Source: Naegleria gruberi
Taxonomy: Eukaryota
Length of the DNA stretch: 64,000 nt
Strand: one strand, 5' to 3'
Assembly (NCBI GenBank): GCA_000004985.1
Contig: GG738885.1
Shown: piece after piece, positions 10,617-21,011 of the stretch
Layout: each line of letters begins with the position of its first letter
Position numbering within the stretch: position 1 is the stretch's first letter
The notes under the pieces: model-generated
The model's database searches: none
Told to the model about the DNA's origin: nothing
What the model saw: the letters and a program-made list of their open reading frames with translations, nothing else
Position numbers and translations under genes: made by a program

Positions 10617-11642
10617 ATGTCGCTTCTCCTTATCCTTCTTATCACCCTTTGCATTCTCTTATTTACCACTTTATATATTAGATTTAGAAACTCTGTGCCC
10701 AGGTCTAATAGGAAAGTTTGGAATAGGAAAGATACATCTTCATTGGAAAATACTCTTCAAAAAATTATTGGAAAGAATATGACATCATACATTGTAGATA
10801 CATCGTCATCACAGAGGAAAAAGTCTTGGTCTCCGTATATTCCTCCTTCTTATAAGTTTAATAATAATTCATCAAATGTTGTTTTACAACAAAATGAAGT
10901 GACTCAACAACAAGAAGGAATGGCCAATAATAATAATATCAATGTTGAATATTCAAATAATAACAATAATATTTCAACATTTAATATTCAACAAAATAAT
11001 CAACAGAACTTGAATGTTAGCACCATTCCAATAGCATCACAATCTACAATTCTTTCAATTCACCCAAATACTTTAAATTCCGAGACCGACCTGACAAGCA
11101 CAATTTATAGAAAACCTACAGTAGACCGTTTGGACAAGAAACCAATTTATAAGAGCCCACAATTAAAGAAAAAACTATCTACTCCAAACAGCTCTGCCTC
11201 TAAGAAGAAAGTTATTTATTTCAATAATTCAAAATTTTTGGAGGGGGTGGGAGTTTCTCCAATTCTTCCAGATAAGAAAATTAGAGAAGAACCTATTCAC
11301 TTACCAAACTCGAGTTTTATGAACCAATCTACAATTGTATTGGAACCTATTACAGAAATGGAAAATAAGCCACAAGAACCTATTCAAGTTGTTAACACTA
11401 GTGAGGGAGAAACTACAGGAATGTTAGCAGATGCATCCATGATATCTGTCGGTGATAATAAGAAGTCGCCAAAAGGTATTTTAAGAAAGAGAGATCCCCT
11501 AGGAAATTTTGCAAATCAATCTATGAATTTGTCTACTCAGTTAAATGAGAGTGACATTCTAAATTCTAGCATTTTGAAGAAGAAAAAGGTGGAATTTGAT
11601 CAAGCAGTGAAAAATCAAAATTTAAAGAGGTCAGACCATTAG
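10617..11642 (+). CDS. N/S/Q-rich low-complexity protein with an N-terminal signal anchor
   Basis: The track ORF starts at a TTG at 10533. The first ATG is at 10617 (MSLLLILLITLCILLFTTLY, TM). Long poly-N/Q tracts follow. The next ORF, in another frame, is open from ~11600. Confidence 0.35.
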   Translation: MSLLLILLITLCILLFTTLYIRFRNSVPRSNRKVWNRKDTSSLENTLQKIIGKNMTSYIVDTSSSQRKKSWSPYIPPSYKFNNNSSNVVLQQNEVTQQQEGMANNNNINVEYSNNNNNISTFNIQQNNQQNLNVSTIPIASQSTILSIHPNTLNSETDLTSTIYRKPTVDRLDKKPIYKSPQLKKKLSTPNSSASKKKVIYFNNSKFLEGVGVSPILPDKKIREEPIHLPNSSFMNQSTIVLEPITEMENKPQEPIQVVNTSEGETTGMLADASMISVGDNKKSPKGILRKRDPLGNFANQSMNLSTQLNESDILNSSILKKKKVEFDQAVKNQNLKRSDH

Positions 11643-11725
11643 GATTTGAAAGGGCTGCTCCTCCACCTTCTGAAACTAGCTTTTCTAGAGAGGCTCAAAA
11701 AAGAACCAAAACAAGTGATATTGTC

Positions 11726-12853
11726 ATGTCCAATACTACACCTACTTTAGTATCTCCTAAGCCTAAACCATTAATATTACCAACCACTCCTCCTTCTTCT
11801 AATATTGATGACTCTTTAATGATGGACAATTCAATGATTAGAGAATCAGAGCTGGATAAGAATGATAGTATCATTTTGGATTGTATAATTTCTGAAAAGA
11901 AACCTAAGAAAAAGTTTGGTAGAGTTGGTTTCTCCACACCAAGTACATTTAGAAATCAAAAGATTTTGAGATACAGTGAGGATATTGCACAAAGAAAAGA
12001 GTTGGCTTTCTATTTATTAAAGGGTGAACCATCTCCAGAAAAAAAGGTTTCCACACAAAATGCCAACAAGGCTGATGATAGCAATTTGGGATCTTCCTTT
12101 AACTTGTCAAGTTTGGCAAAGAGAAGCACAGATACTATTTCAGAAGGGCAACCACCAAAACCTACAACCTCTTCCTCAGAAACTTCTTCTACTACTGCTG
12201 GTTTTACTTTCACTGCAGGAGCAGTTTCTTCTTCCACTGAAAATAAGACTGAAGAAAAATCTAATCCTCCAACATTTGTACTTCCAACAACCAACACTTC
12301 CAAAAGAGAGGAAAGACCATCCCAAAAACCAGCCACAATCGAAACCCCAGTAATAGCACCTGACACAAACAAACAGACCCCACAATTGGATCTTTCTGCT
12401 TTCAAACAACCGGAACCTAAACCAATTGACAATGCTCAACCAACAGTAAAGCTAGGAACAGAAACCAAATCAACAGGTCCTACTGCTACGTTAAACATTC
12501 CAAGTGTTGGATCACATCAAGATAATGTAAATAAGGAAAATGAATCAGATTCCAATCCGTTTGCATCTATCATAATTCCTTCCAGTTCATCATCATCCAC
12601 AGATAATCCACCTGCTACTGAGACAACCAATCCATTTGCAAATCTCAAAGTTGCAACTCCAACAGAACAGAAAAAGAATGTCTTTAATCCATTTGCTAAT
12701 ACAACCAGCTCAAGCATGTTTGGAACACCATCTTCAAGAAATACCTTCAACAAAACAACACCATCAAAACCTGCTGATTCAGTTTCAGATTTTGCAAAGA
12801 TGGATCCCTCAATCTTCCAACGAGAAGCTCTTTCATTTGGATATCAAAAATAA
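11726..12853 (+). CDS. S/T/P-rich protein with FG and NPF motifs (FG-nucleoporin-like or EH-domain-ligand-like), 375 aa
   Basis: Three NPFA motifs (NPFASI, NPFANL, NPFANT). FG dipeptides (SMFGTP, SFGYQK). It may be contiguous with 10617-11642 through a frameshift. Confidence 0.35.
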   Translation: MSNTTPTLVSPKPKPLILPTTPPSSNIDDSLMMDNSMIRESELDKNDSIILDCIISEKKPKKKFGRVGFSTPSTFRNQKILRYSEDIAQRKELAFYLLKGEPSPEKKVSTQNANKADDSNLGSSFNLSSLAKRSTDTISEGQPPKPTTSSSETSSTTAGFTFTAGAVSSSTENKTEEKSNPPTFVLPTTNTSKREERPSQKPATIETPVIAPDTNKQTPQLDLSAFKQPEPKPIDNAQPTVKLGTETKSTGPTATLNIPSVGSHQDNVNKENESDSNPFASIIIPSSSSSSTDNPPATETTNPFANLKVATPTEQKKNVFNPFANTTSSSMFGTPSSRNTFNKTTPSKPADSVSDFAKMDPSIFQREALSFGYQK

Positions 12854-13049
12854 ACTTTCATCCAAAAGCTTTCCCTTCTAGCTGGGGTTAATCAAAATAA
12901 AAGACAGATCTGATGAACTGGAACTTTCTACTTTGTGATGTTGCTAAATCGGGTTACCTATGATCTTCGAATATGGAACACCTCTAACTTAATAGACAAC
13001 AGGCCAAATCACAACCCACACATCTCTTTTCTCAAAAGAAGAAAACAAA

Positions 13050-13751
13050 ATGACAATTCTGTTGCTGCAACTTGCTGTTACATTGATGACATTGGCTTTT
13101 GTGAAGGGAATTAGTATTCTCAAGCTTGTTTCCTTCTTGATCTGTTGGAATGTGACTGGTCTCAATATGCTCAAGTTCTCAAACACTGAGTGGGTCTTCT
13201 GTGTGCTTGTATGTGCTTGCTTCACTGTGTTAAATTACAACTCTTTAAGTATTGGCATATTCAAGTTTGCCAAAGAAGATATTTTACTGCAACCCTATTG
13301 GGAATTTATCATGTGGCCATTCTACACTTTACACACTCTTCGAGTGATAAAAGCCATTCTCCCATCAAAGGATGAAGAAGCTGATAAGCCTTCCATATTT
13401 TCAGAAACCAATCGTTCAGACTTGCTTTTCAACCTTGTTGCTGCTTTGCTCATGTCTTGTCTGTTTGGTGTAATCAGAGATTCATCTACTCTTTTCATTA
13501 CCTCATCGTTGTTGCTCTCACTTATCTTGATCAAGTTCCACTCTGTACATGATGTGGCACATGTTGTTTACATGCAATTATTAGGTTACCTCATCGAAAT
13601 CACTGGTGTATTGAGTGGAGAGTGGCATTATCCATCGAACCCAATTGGAAGAATTCCTCTCTGGTTTTTGACAATGTGGGGAAGTGTTGGATTCTTCTCT
13701 TATAAATTGGTTTATCCAATTATTGCAGAATTAACAAAACCAAAGAAGTGA
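13050..13751 (+). CDS. Hypothetical polytopic membrane protein (about 6 TM), 233 aa
   Basis: ATG at 13050. Multiple hydrophobic helices and no recognisable family. Confidence 0.4.
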   Translation: MTILLLQLAVTLMTLAFVKGISILKLVSFLICWNVTGLNMLKFSNTEWVFCVLVCACFTVLNYNSLSIGIFKFAKEDILLQPYWEFIMWPFYTLHTLRVIKAILPSKDEEADKPSIFSETNRSDLLFNLVAALLMSCLFGVIRDSSTLFITSSLLLSLILIKFHSVHDVAHVVYMQLLGYLIEITGVLSGEWHYPSNPIGRIPLWFLTMWGSVGFFSYKLVYPIIAELTKPKK

Positions 13752-14432
13752 TTAAAATCTTAGCTTCCTTTATCCTTTGAACAACTTGTCCACTTTGTTG
13801 AAGACACTTTGATTTGGGTAAGGTTAAATAAGTGAATTTCTGGTCTTGTGGAAGAAAATAGAAAACAGAATAGTGATCAATTACCTTATACTTACTTGAA
13901 AAGTAAATCAGAAAAGGAAATTCTCAAGATGGAAAATGGGTTGGAAAAAAGAGTTATGGAAAGGGAAGAGAAGAAACTTGAAAGAATCAAAGATGTTAAA
14001 AACCAATTGCAAAATCAATAAATTCAACAATAATAGACATTCATTGCTCATGCCTTTCAAATGTAGAATGCTACCTTTCTAATAGCAAGGTCCTTGATGA
14101 CAATTTCCACCTATTTGCTCTTTGCAAAATGTGAGAGGTTCCATTTAATAATGTTTATTTGGTTGCTAGTGGTGATATGGAAGTTGTGACTTTCTCAGTT
14201 GGGAACCAACATCTTTTAAGGAGAAGCAAAGTACCTTACCTATTTAAGGTACTTTGCTTTTATTTCCATTCCCTAACAATCCAATGTTTCCTTATTTTTT
14301 AGAGCACCATCTCAAAACATTCACATATGGAAGGGTAAACAGATGCTGATAGAAATAAATATTTATTATATTACAATTTAAACCTCAATCTCTTGGTAAC
14401 AACAATTTGGTCCAGTATCATGTGACAGGCAT

Positions 14433-16193
14433 CTAGTCTGATTTTTTGATAGGTAGTTGCAGATATGAGGCGTGTGATTTGCCTGTGTGAATAATGTGCT
14501 TTCCTTTGTTTTCTGGAATATAAGCAGGTGTTCCTGGCATAATTGCTCCCAAATCGTTTTTAGAGCTAACCACCAATCGCAACTGTTCGCCAGGATAGAA
14601 GACCATACCAATTGGGAAAAGATCAATTTCGATTTCTGCAATCTCTCCCGCTTGAAGTTTCTCTACACGATCAAAGCTGTGGGCTGGAACAATATTGGTT
14701 GATAGTTTTTCGTCCAAATGACGTGCCGAAACACGCAGACGTCCATTTGATCCCTTGTATCTTAATACAGACCCACCGTGCTCAGTGAGATCTTGCATCA
14801 TAGCACCTTGATTAGGCACGATAAATTGTTGCAGATGATTGCCATGAACGTCCAGTTTTTGAACGAGAATAAACAAATCCATATCGTCTGCTCCCTCAGC
14901 TTCAACCCAAAGATGCACTTTAGGATAGCCGACCATAACAGTTTCTGTGTCGAAACGTACAATGAAAGAAGCAAGTCCCGGATCAGATTCAGTGTCATAG
15001 ATAACCTTTGCTTCTTGTGGAGGAATCTCAGTGGTAAGCTTACGGAATCTGCCATCAAGGTAATACTTTTGATTTGTAACATCATTCGGTGGAAATTCGC
15101 TTGCTGGTTGATTAATAAGGTCGCCACCTTCAAAGTCGTGTATTGCATAACGAACACGAGGTGTTTGTTCCCAACCATTGTTCTCTCCTTTGAGATAGTG
15201 ATTGAAAAAACGGCGTAAGTCTTCCATATTCTCATCTGTGTAATAATCGGGCCACTCCTGGGTATTATGGATACGAAGCCATTTTTCTGTAGATGCCATT
15301 CCTCGCCAAGCTCTGAATGTACCAGCTGTATGTAGAGTGTTGGAATAACTTGCAACAACGTAGGCGGGTACAGTAATTTTGTCTAAGCGTGCAGTCTTAT
15401 CTTCCCAAATAGCATTATTAGCCAAAGGATAACTAATTGCCTCTTCATAAACATCTTCACGCATCGTGTTTTTAGCACTGACGTGATTGACTTGTAGACG
15501 TTTTGTAAAGTTAAGATCTGGCATCCCACCACGCATAGATAGATCACGATAAGCATCGCTTAAACCTTCCCATGGGTTGATTGCAGCCAGATGAGGTGGT
15601 TGCTCGGCAGCAGTAAACCACTGTGAGATGGCTAGATAAGATGTTCCACTCATCGCTACTTTGCTGTTGCACCATTCCTGAATGGCTAGCCATTCGATTA
15701 AATCGGCACAGTCTCTTCCTTCCTGAGTTCCAATCATATTAATGTCGCCTTCTGAATGTGCAATTCCTCGTGCATCAGGATTGCAGACGGCATAGCCCTG
15801 AGCACACCAATGGGCAGGATCTGGTCCCTCGAACTTGGCTAATCCAGAGAGCATACCGTTATTAAGACCCAACATATTGAAAAGGTTTGTAGTTCTTGGG
15901 GCCGATCCTCCACTTTTGCCATAGGGACTCCATGCAATGATAACTGGGACTTTTTCTGTGACAACTGGTCGAAAAACATCGACATAAATTGTTTTCCCGT
16001 CACGCAAAGTTACTGCAACATCCTTTTCTAAAACTATATCTACTGGTAGAGTACGAAACATTGGGGCAAGCTGATAGCCTTTTGGCAATACCCGTGTGCC
16101 TGGTTCAAATTTACTCAATAGCCCATGTTCTTTTCCGTCATCAATGTAGTTGTAAGCAGGTTCGAAAATTTGAATTTCTTTCAGAGTTGTCAT
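14433..16193 (-). CDS. CocE/NonD-family alpha/beta hydrolase (peptidase S15 / Xaa-Pro dipeptidyl-peptidase-like). Intronless, GC-rich, bacterial-like. Candidate horizontally acquired gene.
   Basis: ATG at 16191-16193 and stop at 14433-14435; 586 aa. Nucleophile motif GTSYLA (GxSYxG of the CocE family). Clearly higher GC (~45%) than the flanks, with frequent CTG/CCG/GCC/CGT codons. AT-rich eukaryotic-type sequence lies immediately on both sides. Confidence 0.8.
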   Translation of the reverse strand: MTTLKEIQIFEPAYNYIDDGKEHGLLSKFEPGTRVLPKGYQLAPMFRTLPVDIVLEKDVAVTLRDGKTIYVDVFRPVVTEKVPVIIAWSPYGKSGGSAPRTTNLFNMLGLNNGMLSGLAKFEGPDPAHWCAQGYAVCNPDARGIAHSEGDINMIGTQEGRDCADLIEWLAIQEWCNSKVAMSGTSYLAISQWFTAAEQPPHLAAINPWEGLSDAYRDLSMRGGMPDLNFTKRLQVNHVSAKNTMREDVYEEAISYPLANNAIWEDKTARLDKITVPAYVVASYSNTLHTAGTFRAWRGMASTEKWLRIHNTQEWPDYYTDENMEDLRRFFNHYLKGENNGWEQTPRVRYAIHDFEGGDLINQPASEFPPNDVTNQKYYLDGRFRKLTTEIPPQEAKVIYDTESDPGLASFIVRFDTETVMVGYPKVHLWVEAEGADDMDLFILVQKLDVHGNHLQQFIVPNQGAMMQDLTEHGGSVLRYKGSNGRLRVSARHLDEKLSTNIVPAHSFDRVEKLQAGEIAEIEIDLFPIGMVFYPGEQLRLVVSSKNDLGAIMPGTPAYIPENKGKHIIHTGKSHASYLQLPIKKSD

Positions 16194-16912
16194 ATTGTCT
16201 CAATTTAATTTTTTTGCTTAAAGTTTCAAACTCTCAAATACAATCAAATCTTTTAAAGGTACTGGCAAACGAAAGTTCACGTCGCTTAACAAAATAGCCG
16301 CCATATGGCGGAGGTGTTGTTTAAACATTCTCAAGTGCGTTAGTGGGTCGCATGTTTAGAGAGACAAGAGATTCACATCAGTACACTTAGTAATTGAATG
16401 ATTGAAGTGAAATCTCTTTTCTAAACATGAAGTGTTTCTTTTAAAGTCAGATAACAGAACTAATTTTTGGATTATCTTCCTGCCAAATAATGCTCCATCA
16501 AACACTGACTGAGTCCAACAATGTTTGATATTTGGAATTCTGTTCATGCAAACATTTAAGAAAAACATTTAAGAAAGCTGGATCTGTGTTCTTGTTTCGA
16601 ACACTTGCGGTATTATTGAAATGTGTTCGAAATCTTGTCTTTGGTTTTAGAAGTCTTGTTTTACCTTCATTCACCTGAATTTCTGATTTGTTGATTCATT
16701 CTTGCCAATGTTCTCCTCTTATTTAATCGAATCGAAGCATGGAGGCAATAAGAGTATTCAATAGTAATAGAATAAATACGGCAGGCTTTTAATTTATTTT
16801 TAGCAGCAATAGTTAAGAACAAATTTTTTCGTTGAGGATTGGCTAACAATTATGGCGCCCTTGTCTACCTAAAAAAGCTGTCCAAAAATAACTTTAAAAA
16901 AATATCATCGCC

Positions 16913-17554
16913 ATGATTAGAGGAGACAATTTGGTGCCTACCTCTTGGAGTGATGAAGAACGGTTTGTTGATGATCTGTTGAACACTTCTTCTTCATCAT
17001 CAATTTGTACACAAGCAGCAACGACATCAACAGTTGCTAATTCATCTTCTTCTAATAGCTTTTCATCATCCGAAATTATAGTCATCAGTGACGATGAAGA
17101 TTTACAAGAAGTGGATCGTTTTCCAACCGATTATCATGTGCAGACTCGATCTTCTAAGAAAAAGTCAACTCCCAAAGGTATAAAAAAGAACAAGAGGGAG
17201 ACTAGAAAGTCATCTAAAATTCAAAATGCTGAAAATATGAAGCATCCAGAAGATATAATTCCTCTGGATGTATTCAGACAATTTGTTAATTCTTCCAAGG
17301 ATGATTTACTTCACCAAGTACTTGGTGAACAGTTGGAAAGTCTCGAATCATCATTTAATAATAGTGAGAAGAAGCTTAAAAAGAAGGCCAGGAAGAAGTT
17401 CAACCCTCCAACCACAGTGGAATTTGATGAGGAGGCAATTCGAGTATTGAGAGATGGAGTTTCCTATTTACTAATTGAAAAATTGAAAAAAACAAAAGAA
17501 ATTGCAAATGCCAAAAATTTATCCCAAGCTCTTTCCCTAGCTATGGATTTGTAG
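16913..17554 (+). CDS. Hypothetical Ser-rich/basic protein, 213 aa
   Basis: ATG at 16913. S-rich N-terminus, K/R-rich middle (possible NLS KKKSTPKGIKKNKRETRK), no domain recognised. Confidence 0.3.
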   Translation: MIRGDNLVPTSWSDEERFVDDLLNTSSSSSICTQAATTSTVANSSSSNSFSSSEIIVISDDEDLQEVDRFPTDYHVQTRSSKKKSTPKGIKKNKRETRKSSKIQNAENMKHPEDIIPLDVFRQFVNSSKDDLLHQVLGEQLESLESSFNNSEKKLKKKARKKFNPPTTVEFDEEAIRVLRDGVSYLLIEKLKKTKEIANAKNLSQALSLAMDL

Positions 17555-18048
17555 CGCCAACAATTGATCATTCAACTCTCAAACTTCTCAATTTAATGTA
17601 TTTGTTCATTGATGAAGAATAAAAATTTCAAATATTTTTAAAAAAACAAAAATCCCACAACAATCAGCAAATCACACCTACAAATTTTTGGAGAAGAGAA
17701 AAACCAAAACTCTGAAGACTAAGATAGGACGCCATTCTCGAAGGTCAGACTCTAACGACAAGCCTGTCCTATTAGAGTTCGATTCAAAAGAAGGGAGCAA
17801 TAGCATAGAGTGCTTCTTAAGTGGCAAGTGCAACACGGAATGTTGCATTAATGTCAATCCAGATTCACACACTTATTTTTCAATCAAAATGTTGATGAAT
17901 CATTTTGATTGTAGAGCTATTTTAAACCGACTACAATGATGATAAACACGTGTGCTAATTGGAAGGGAAGATAACTCACCCGTAACACTTTGTGATGACC
18001 ATTTTAACTTGAAAACCTTCAATCTTTATTTTTGAAAATTCAAAAAAA

Positions 18049-18489
18049 ATGTCTCAATCAATGAAAGGATTCAACCTGACCAAACTCTCGGAAGGAAATG
18101 CTCATTTTGGAGAGCAAGTTGGCAATCAGCTCTATGAAGATTATCTCCCATCGTTGATGGCTACCCAACTTAATTGTGCTAAATATTTTGATCTTAAAGT
18201 TGATGATGAAAAGACAAAGAATGATCCAGAAAGAACACACATTTCCGAAAGTGAATATATGAAATCAGTTACAGGATGTATTGCTGAAAGTTTATGTCCA
18301 AAGACATTCAGTGAACAAAATAAGAGTAACAAGGATTGTGTATCAAAGCTGATTCAAATGAATGCTGATTGGAAAGCAAACGTTCCTCAAGATAAAGAAG
18401 TACAATTCAAAAAGGATCTCAAAGATTGCATGACAGAGGTAAAGAAATGTGCAGCAGAATTTATTTTGCACGGAAGCTCTGGAAACTAA
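18049..18489 (+). CDS. Hypothetical protein, 146 aa
   Basis: ATG at 18049. Several Cys residues and no family match. Confidence 0.25.
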   Translation: MSQSMKGFNLTKLSEGNAHFGEQVGNQLYEDYLPSLMATQLNCAKYFDLKVDDEKTKNDPERTHISESEYMKSVTGCIAESLCPKTFSEQNKSNKDCVSKLIQMNADWKANVPQDKEVQFKKDLKDCMTEVKKCAAEFILHGSSGN

Positions 18490-18546
18490 GCATAATGTAC
18501 ATTATATTTGTAAATATAAAAATCATCCACGTGTATGATGTGGCTA

Positions 18547-19384
18547 TCATTTAACTTGATAACTAAGGAAACCTCTTCTTTCCAAAAGACAAAACCTCAA
18601 TGGCTTCTCACTCCAATCATCAGCATAATCAATATTAATTCTGGGACAGGCCGCTAATGTAAAGTTTCCAAATTTGAACGATTTTACATCAGTCCTAGTG
18701 TAGGGAATTAGTTCAGGCTCAAAATCTTCTAAAAATACTGTTTCCGAACTCTTTAGATCAACTCCATCAAATTCCTCCCTAGTTAAATTCAAAGCATGAG
18801 AAATTCTAGCTGGTCCAGAACAAACATTATGAATGATGATATTATTTGGATTGATTTGAGATTTGGGCGATAACAATTGATTCATTGTAATTCTATTTTG
18901 TTTCATTTCCTCAAATCCTTCAATTGGTTCAATTGCCCTAATCAATACTGCAGCTCCACTCTCATTACTAGTTATATTGAAACAATCATTGTGTCCCTTA
19001 AATGATTTATAGATATAGGAATGACCATATGGCAAGTACATGTTCCTATTCTTTTCTGTTTGTTTACCTTCATAGGTATGAGAAGCCTTGTCCAATACTC
19101 CTAGATAGGCCTCTTTGGTTCATGAACAATAATTCAAAACAAATAATTATAATTTGTTTTCATTCCAATATAAACTCACCAACCTCTACAATCATGCCAG
19201 ACAATCGTTTATCTCCATCAATTCTAACCAACAACTTTCCGATGAGTTGTTTTGCCAATTCCTCACATCCTCTATTGTAAAATTCAGCATCCACTCGTTT
19301 TGATCCATCACAACTACTATCCTGCATGATTTGTTCGATTAAATTATTACTACTATTATCAAATGATTCGTTTGTACTGGCCAT
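18547..19384 (-). CDS. DNA-3-methyladenine glycosylase (MPG/AAG family), two exons
   Basis: Exon 1 is approximately 19180..19384; its ATG is one codon inside the track's GTG at 19387. Exon 2 is approximately 18547..19112. The 67-nt intron, approximately 19113..19179, runs GTGAGT..AAAG. The spliced product ...LAKQLIGKLLVRIDGDKRLSGMIVEVEAYLG...ASHTYEGKQTEKNRNMYLPYGHSYIY... matches human MPG (GRIVETEAYLG...AHSRGGRQTPRNRGMF...). Confidence 0.75.
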
Positions 19385-19490
19385 CACACTGAGGTAGTAG
19401 TACCTTCTTGTTGTCTTTCTATTTTTTAATATATTTAATAATAGATTGATGAATCATCTCTTACGTATGAATTATTGGAATTTACAATGA

Positions 19491-20975
19491 ATGTTCTTCT
19501 CCTTGACAAAGAAAATTCCAATCTTGAAAAAAATGTCTTCACACCACACAATTCATCATCTTCACTCGGATGTAATTCATGGGATTTTGAGCTTTTTGGA
19601 TGGAAGATCTATCATTCTCACTCGCTCAAGTTGTAAAATATTTAACGAATGCTATATGAATCATAGAGAAAGAATATGGAAAGAGTTGTGGAGAAGGGAA
19701 TTTCCATCACTTTCCGAAAAGATTAATTATTTTATTGAAAATAGAGGAGACGGTGAATTTACAAATATAATAGAGAAGAAAGTTGCTAATTGGTCGGATT
19801 ACTTTGATCTTTTTTTTAATGCCAAATTACATCATGAGAGAAAGGGACAATATAAATTGAATATTCTCAAGTCAGACAAATTGGAAGATAAACAAGAGAG
19901 TAATCCGAATGACATATTGACACAGACTCTCCCTGTTTCATTCTGTTGTTTCATGAAAAAGTATAGAAATTTAGAAGGATATCTACCAAATGAAAATGTG
20001 CTTTCAAGACTTACCAACGAAGAAAGAGGTGTATTGAATATCATGACCGATAAGAATAGGTATTTATTCTTTTCGAGATTTAATGATCCAGTATTTTCTC
20101 TAGTGGATGTTAAAAATAATAGAATTGCTAAGAAATTCGTAGGTCACAAAGGAACTGTTCTGGACATTAAATGTCTCTTTACTGACCCATTCAATTTAAA
20201 GTCGACCAATGTAGGAGCAGGCACTTTCTACCTCAATACTACAAGTACATCCTTCAATAATAGAGTTGTTAGTGCTTCAAGTGATAAAACTATCAAAATT
20301 TGGAACTTTACAACTGGAAGTTGCATTGAAAGCTTGACAGAACACAAAGGAAGTGTTGTCTCCATTGAAATGATCAATGAGAATGTTCTCTGTAGCGCCT
20401 CTCATGATTTATCCATTAAGCTGTGGGACTTGAATCATGGAGCATCTCTTTCAACATTGGACAATGTACATGAAAAGTTGATTTACAAAATTCAATATAA
20501 TTCATGGAATAATTTCCTTGCATCATGTGGAAAGGATGGTACCACTAATCTATTTGACATGAGAACTATTAGTAATGCTTCTAAACCTTTCAAAACCTTG
20601 GATCATATCAAGGATGGAGACACTGAAAAATTGTCAGTCTATTCAATTGCTATGAATTCACACACTCTGTGTTGCGGAGGAAAGGATGGCTTATTTACCA
20701 TGTATGATTTGAGAAATCTCGAAAAGCCACTCTTAAAGAAGAATTTCACATCTTCCATTGACAGAATTTATTCGGATGAGTTTAAGGCAGTACTTTTTGA
20801 AGGATTCACTTGTAAAGTTCTCGATTTAAATACAATGCAAGAAGAAACCATCACCGAGTTGGAAAATAGACAAGCTACCTATTGTGTTGCCCTAGGAAAT
20901 GAACCATTCATTGATTATAACACAATGGTCACTCAGATTGATAATCAAAATCTATGCCTCGTCGACATGTTGTAA
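19491..20975 (+). CDS. F-box / WD40-repeat protein, 494 aa
   Basis: F-box-like N-terminus (HLHSDVIHGILSFLDGRSIILTRSSCKIFNECY). WD repeats (SASSDKTIKIWNF; SASHDLSIKLWDL; SCGKDGTTNLFDM). Confidence 0.65.
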   Translation: MFFSLTKKIPILKKMSSHHTIHHLHSDVIHGILSFLDGRSIILTRSSCKIFNECYMNHRERIWKELWRREFPSLSEKINYFIENRGDGEFTNIIEKKVANWSDYFDLFFNAKLHHERKGQYKLNILKSDKLEDKQESNPNDILTQTLPVSFCCFMKKYRNLEGYLPNENVLSRLTNEERGVLNIMTDKNRYLFFSRFNDPVFSLVDVKNNRIAKKFVGHKGTVLDIKCLFTDPFNLKSTNVGAGTFYLNTTSTSFNNRVVSASSDKTIKIWNFTTGSCIESLTEHKGSVVSIEMINENVLCSASHDLSIKLWDLNHGASLSTLDNVHEKLIYKIQYNSWNNFLASCGKDGTTNLFDMRTISNASKPFKTLDHIKDGDTEKLSVYSIAMNSHTLCCGGKDGLFTMYDLRNLEKPLLKKNFTSSIDRIYSDEFKAVLFEGFTCKVLDLNTMQEETITELENRQATYCVALGNEPFIDYNTMVTQIDNQNLCLVDML

Positions 20976-21011
20976 TTTTATAAAGCAAGCAAATATTAGA
21001 ACCTTAAAAAA

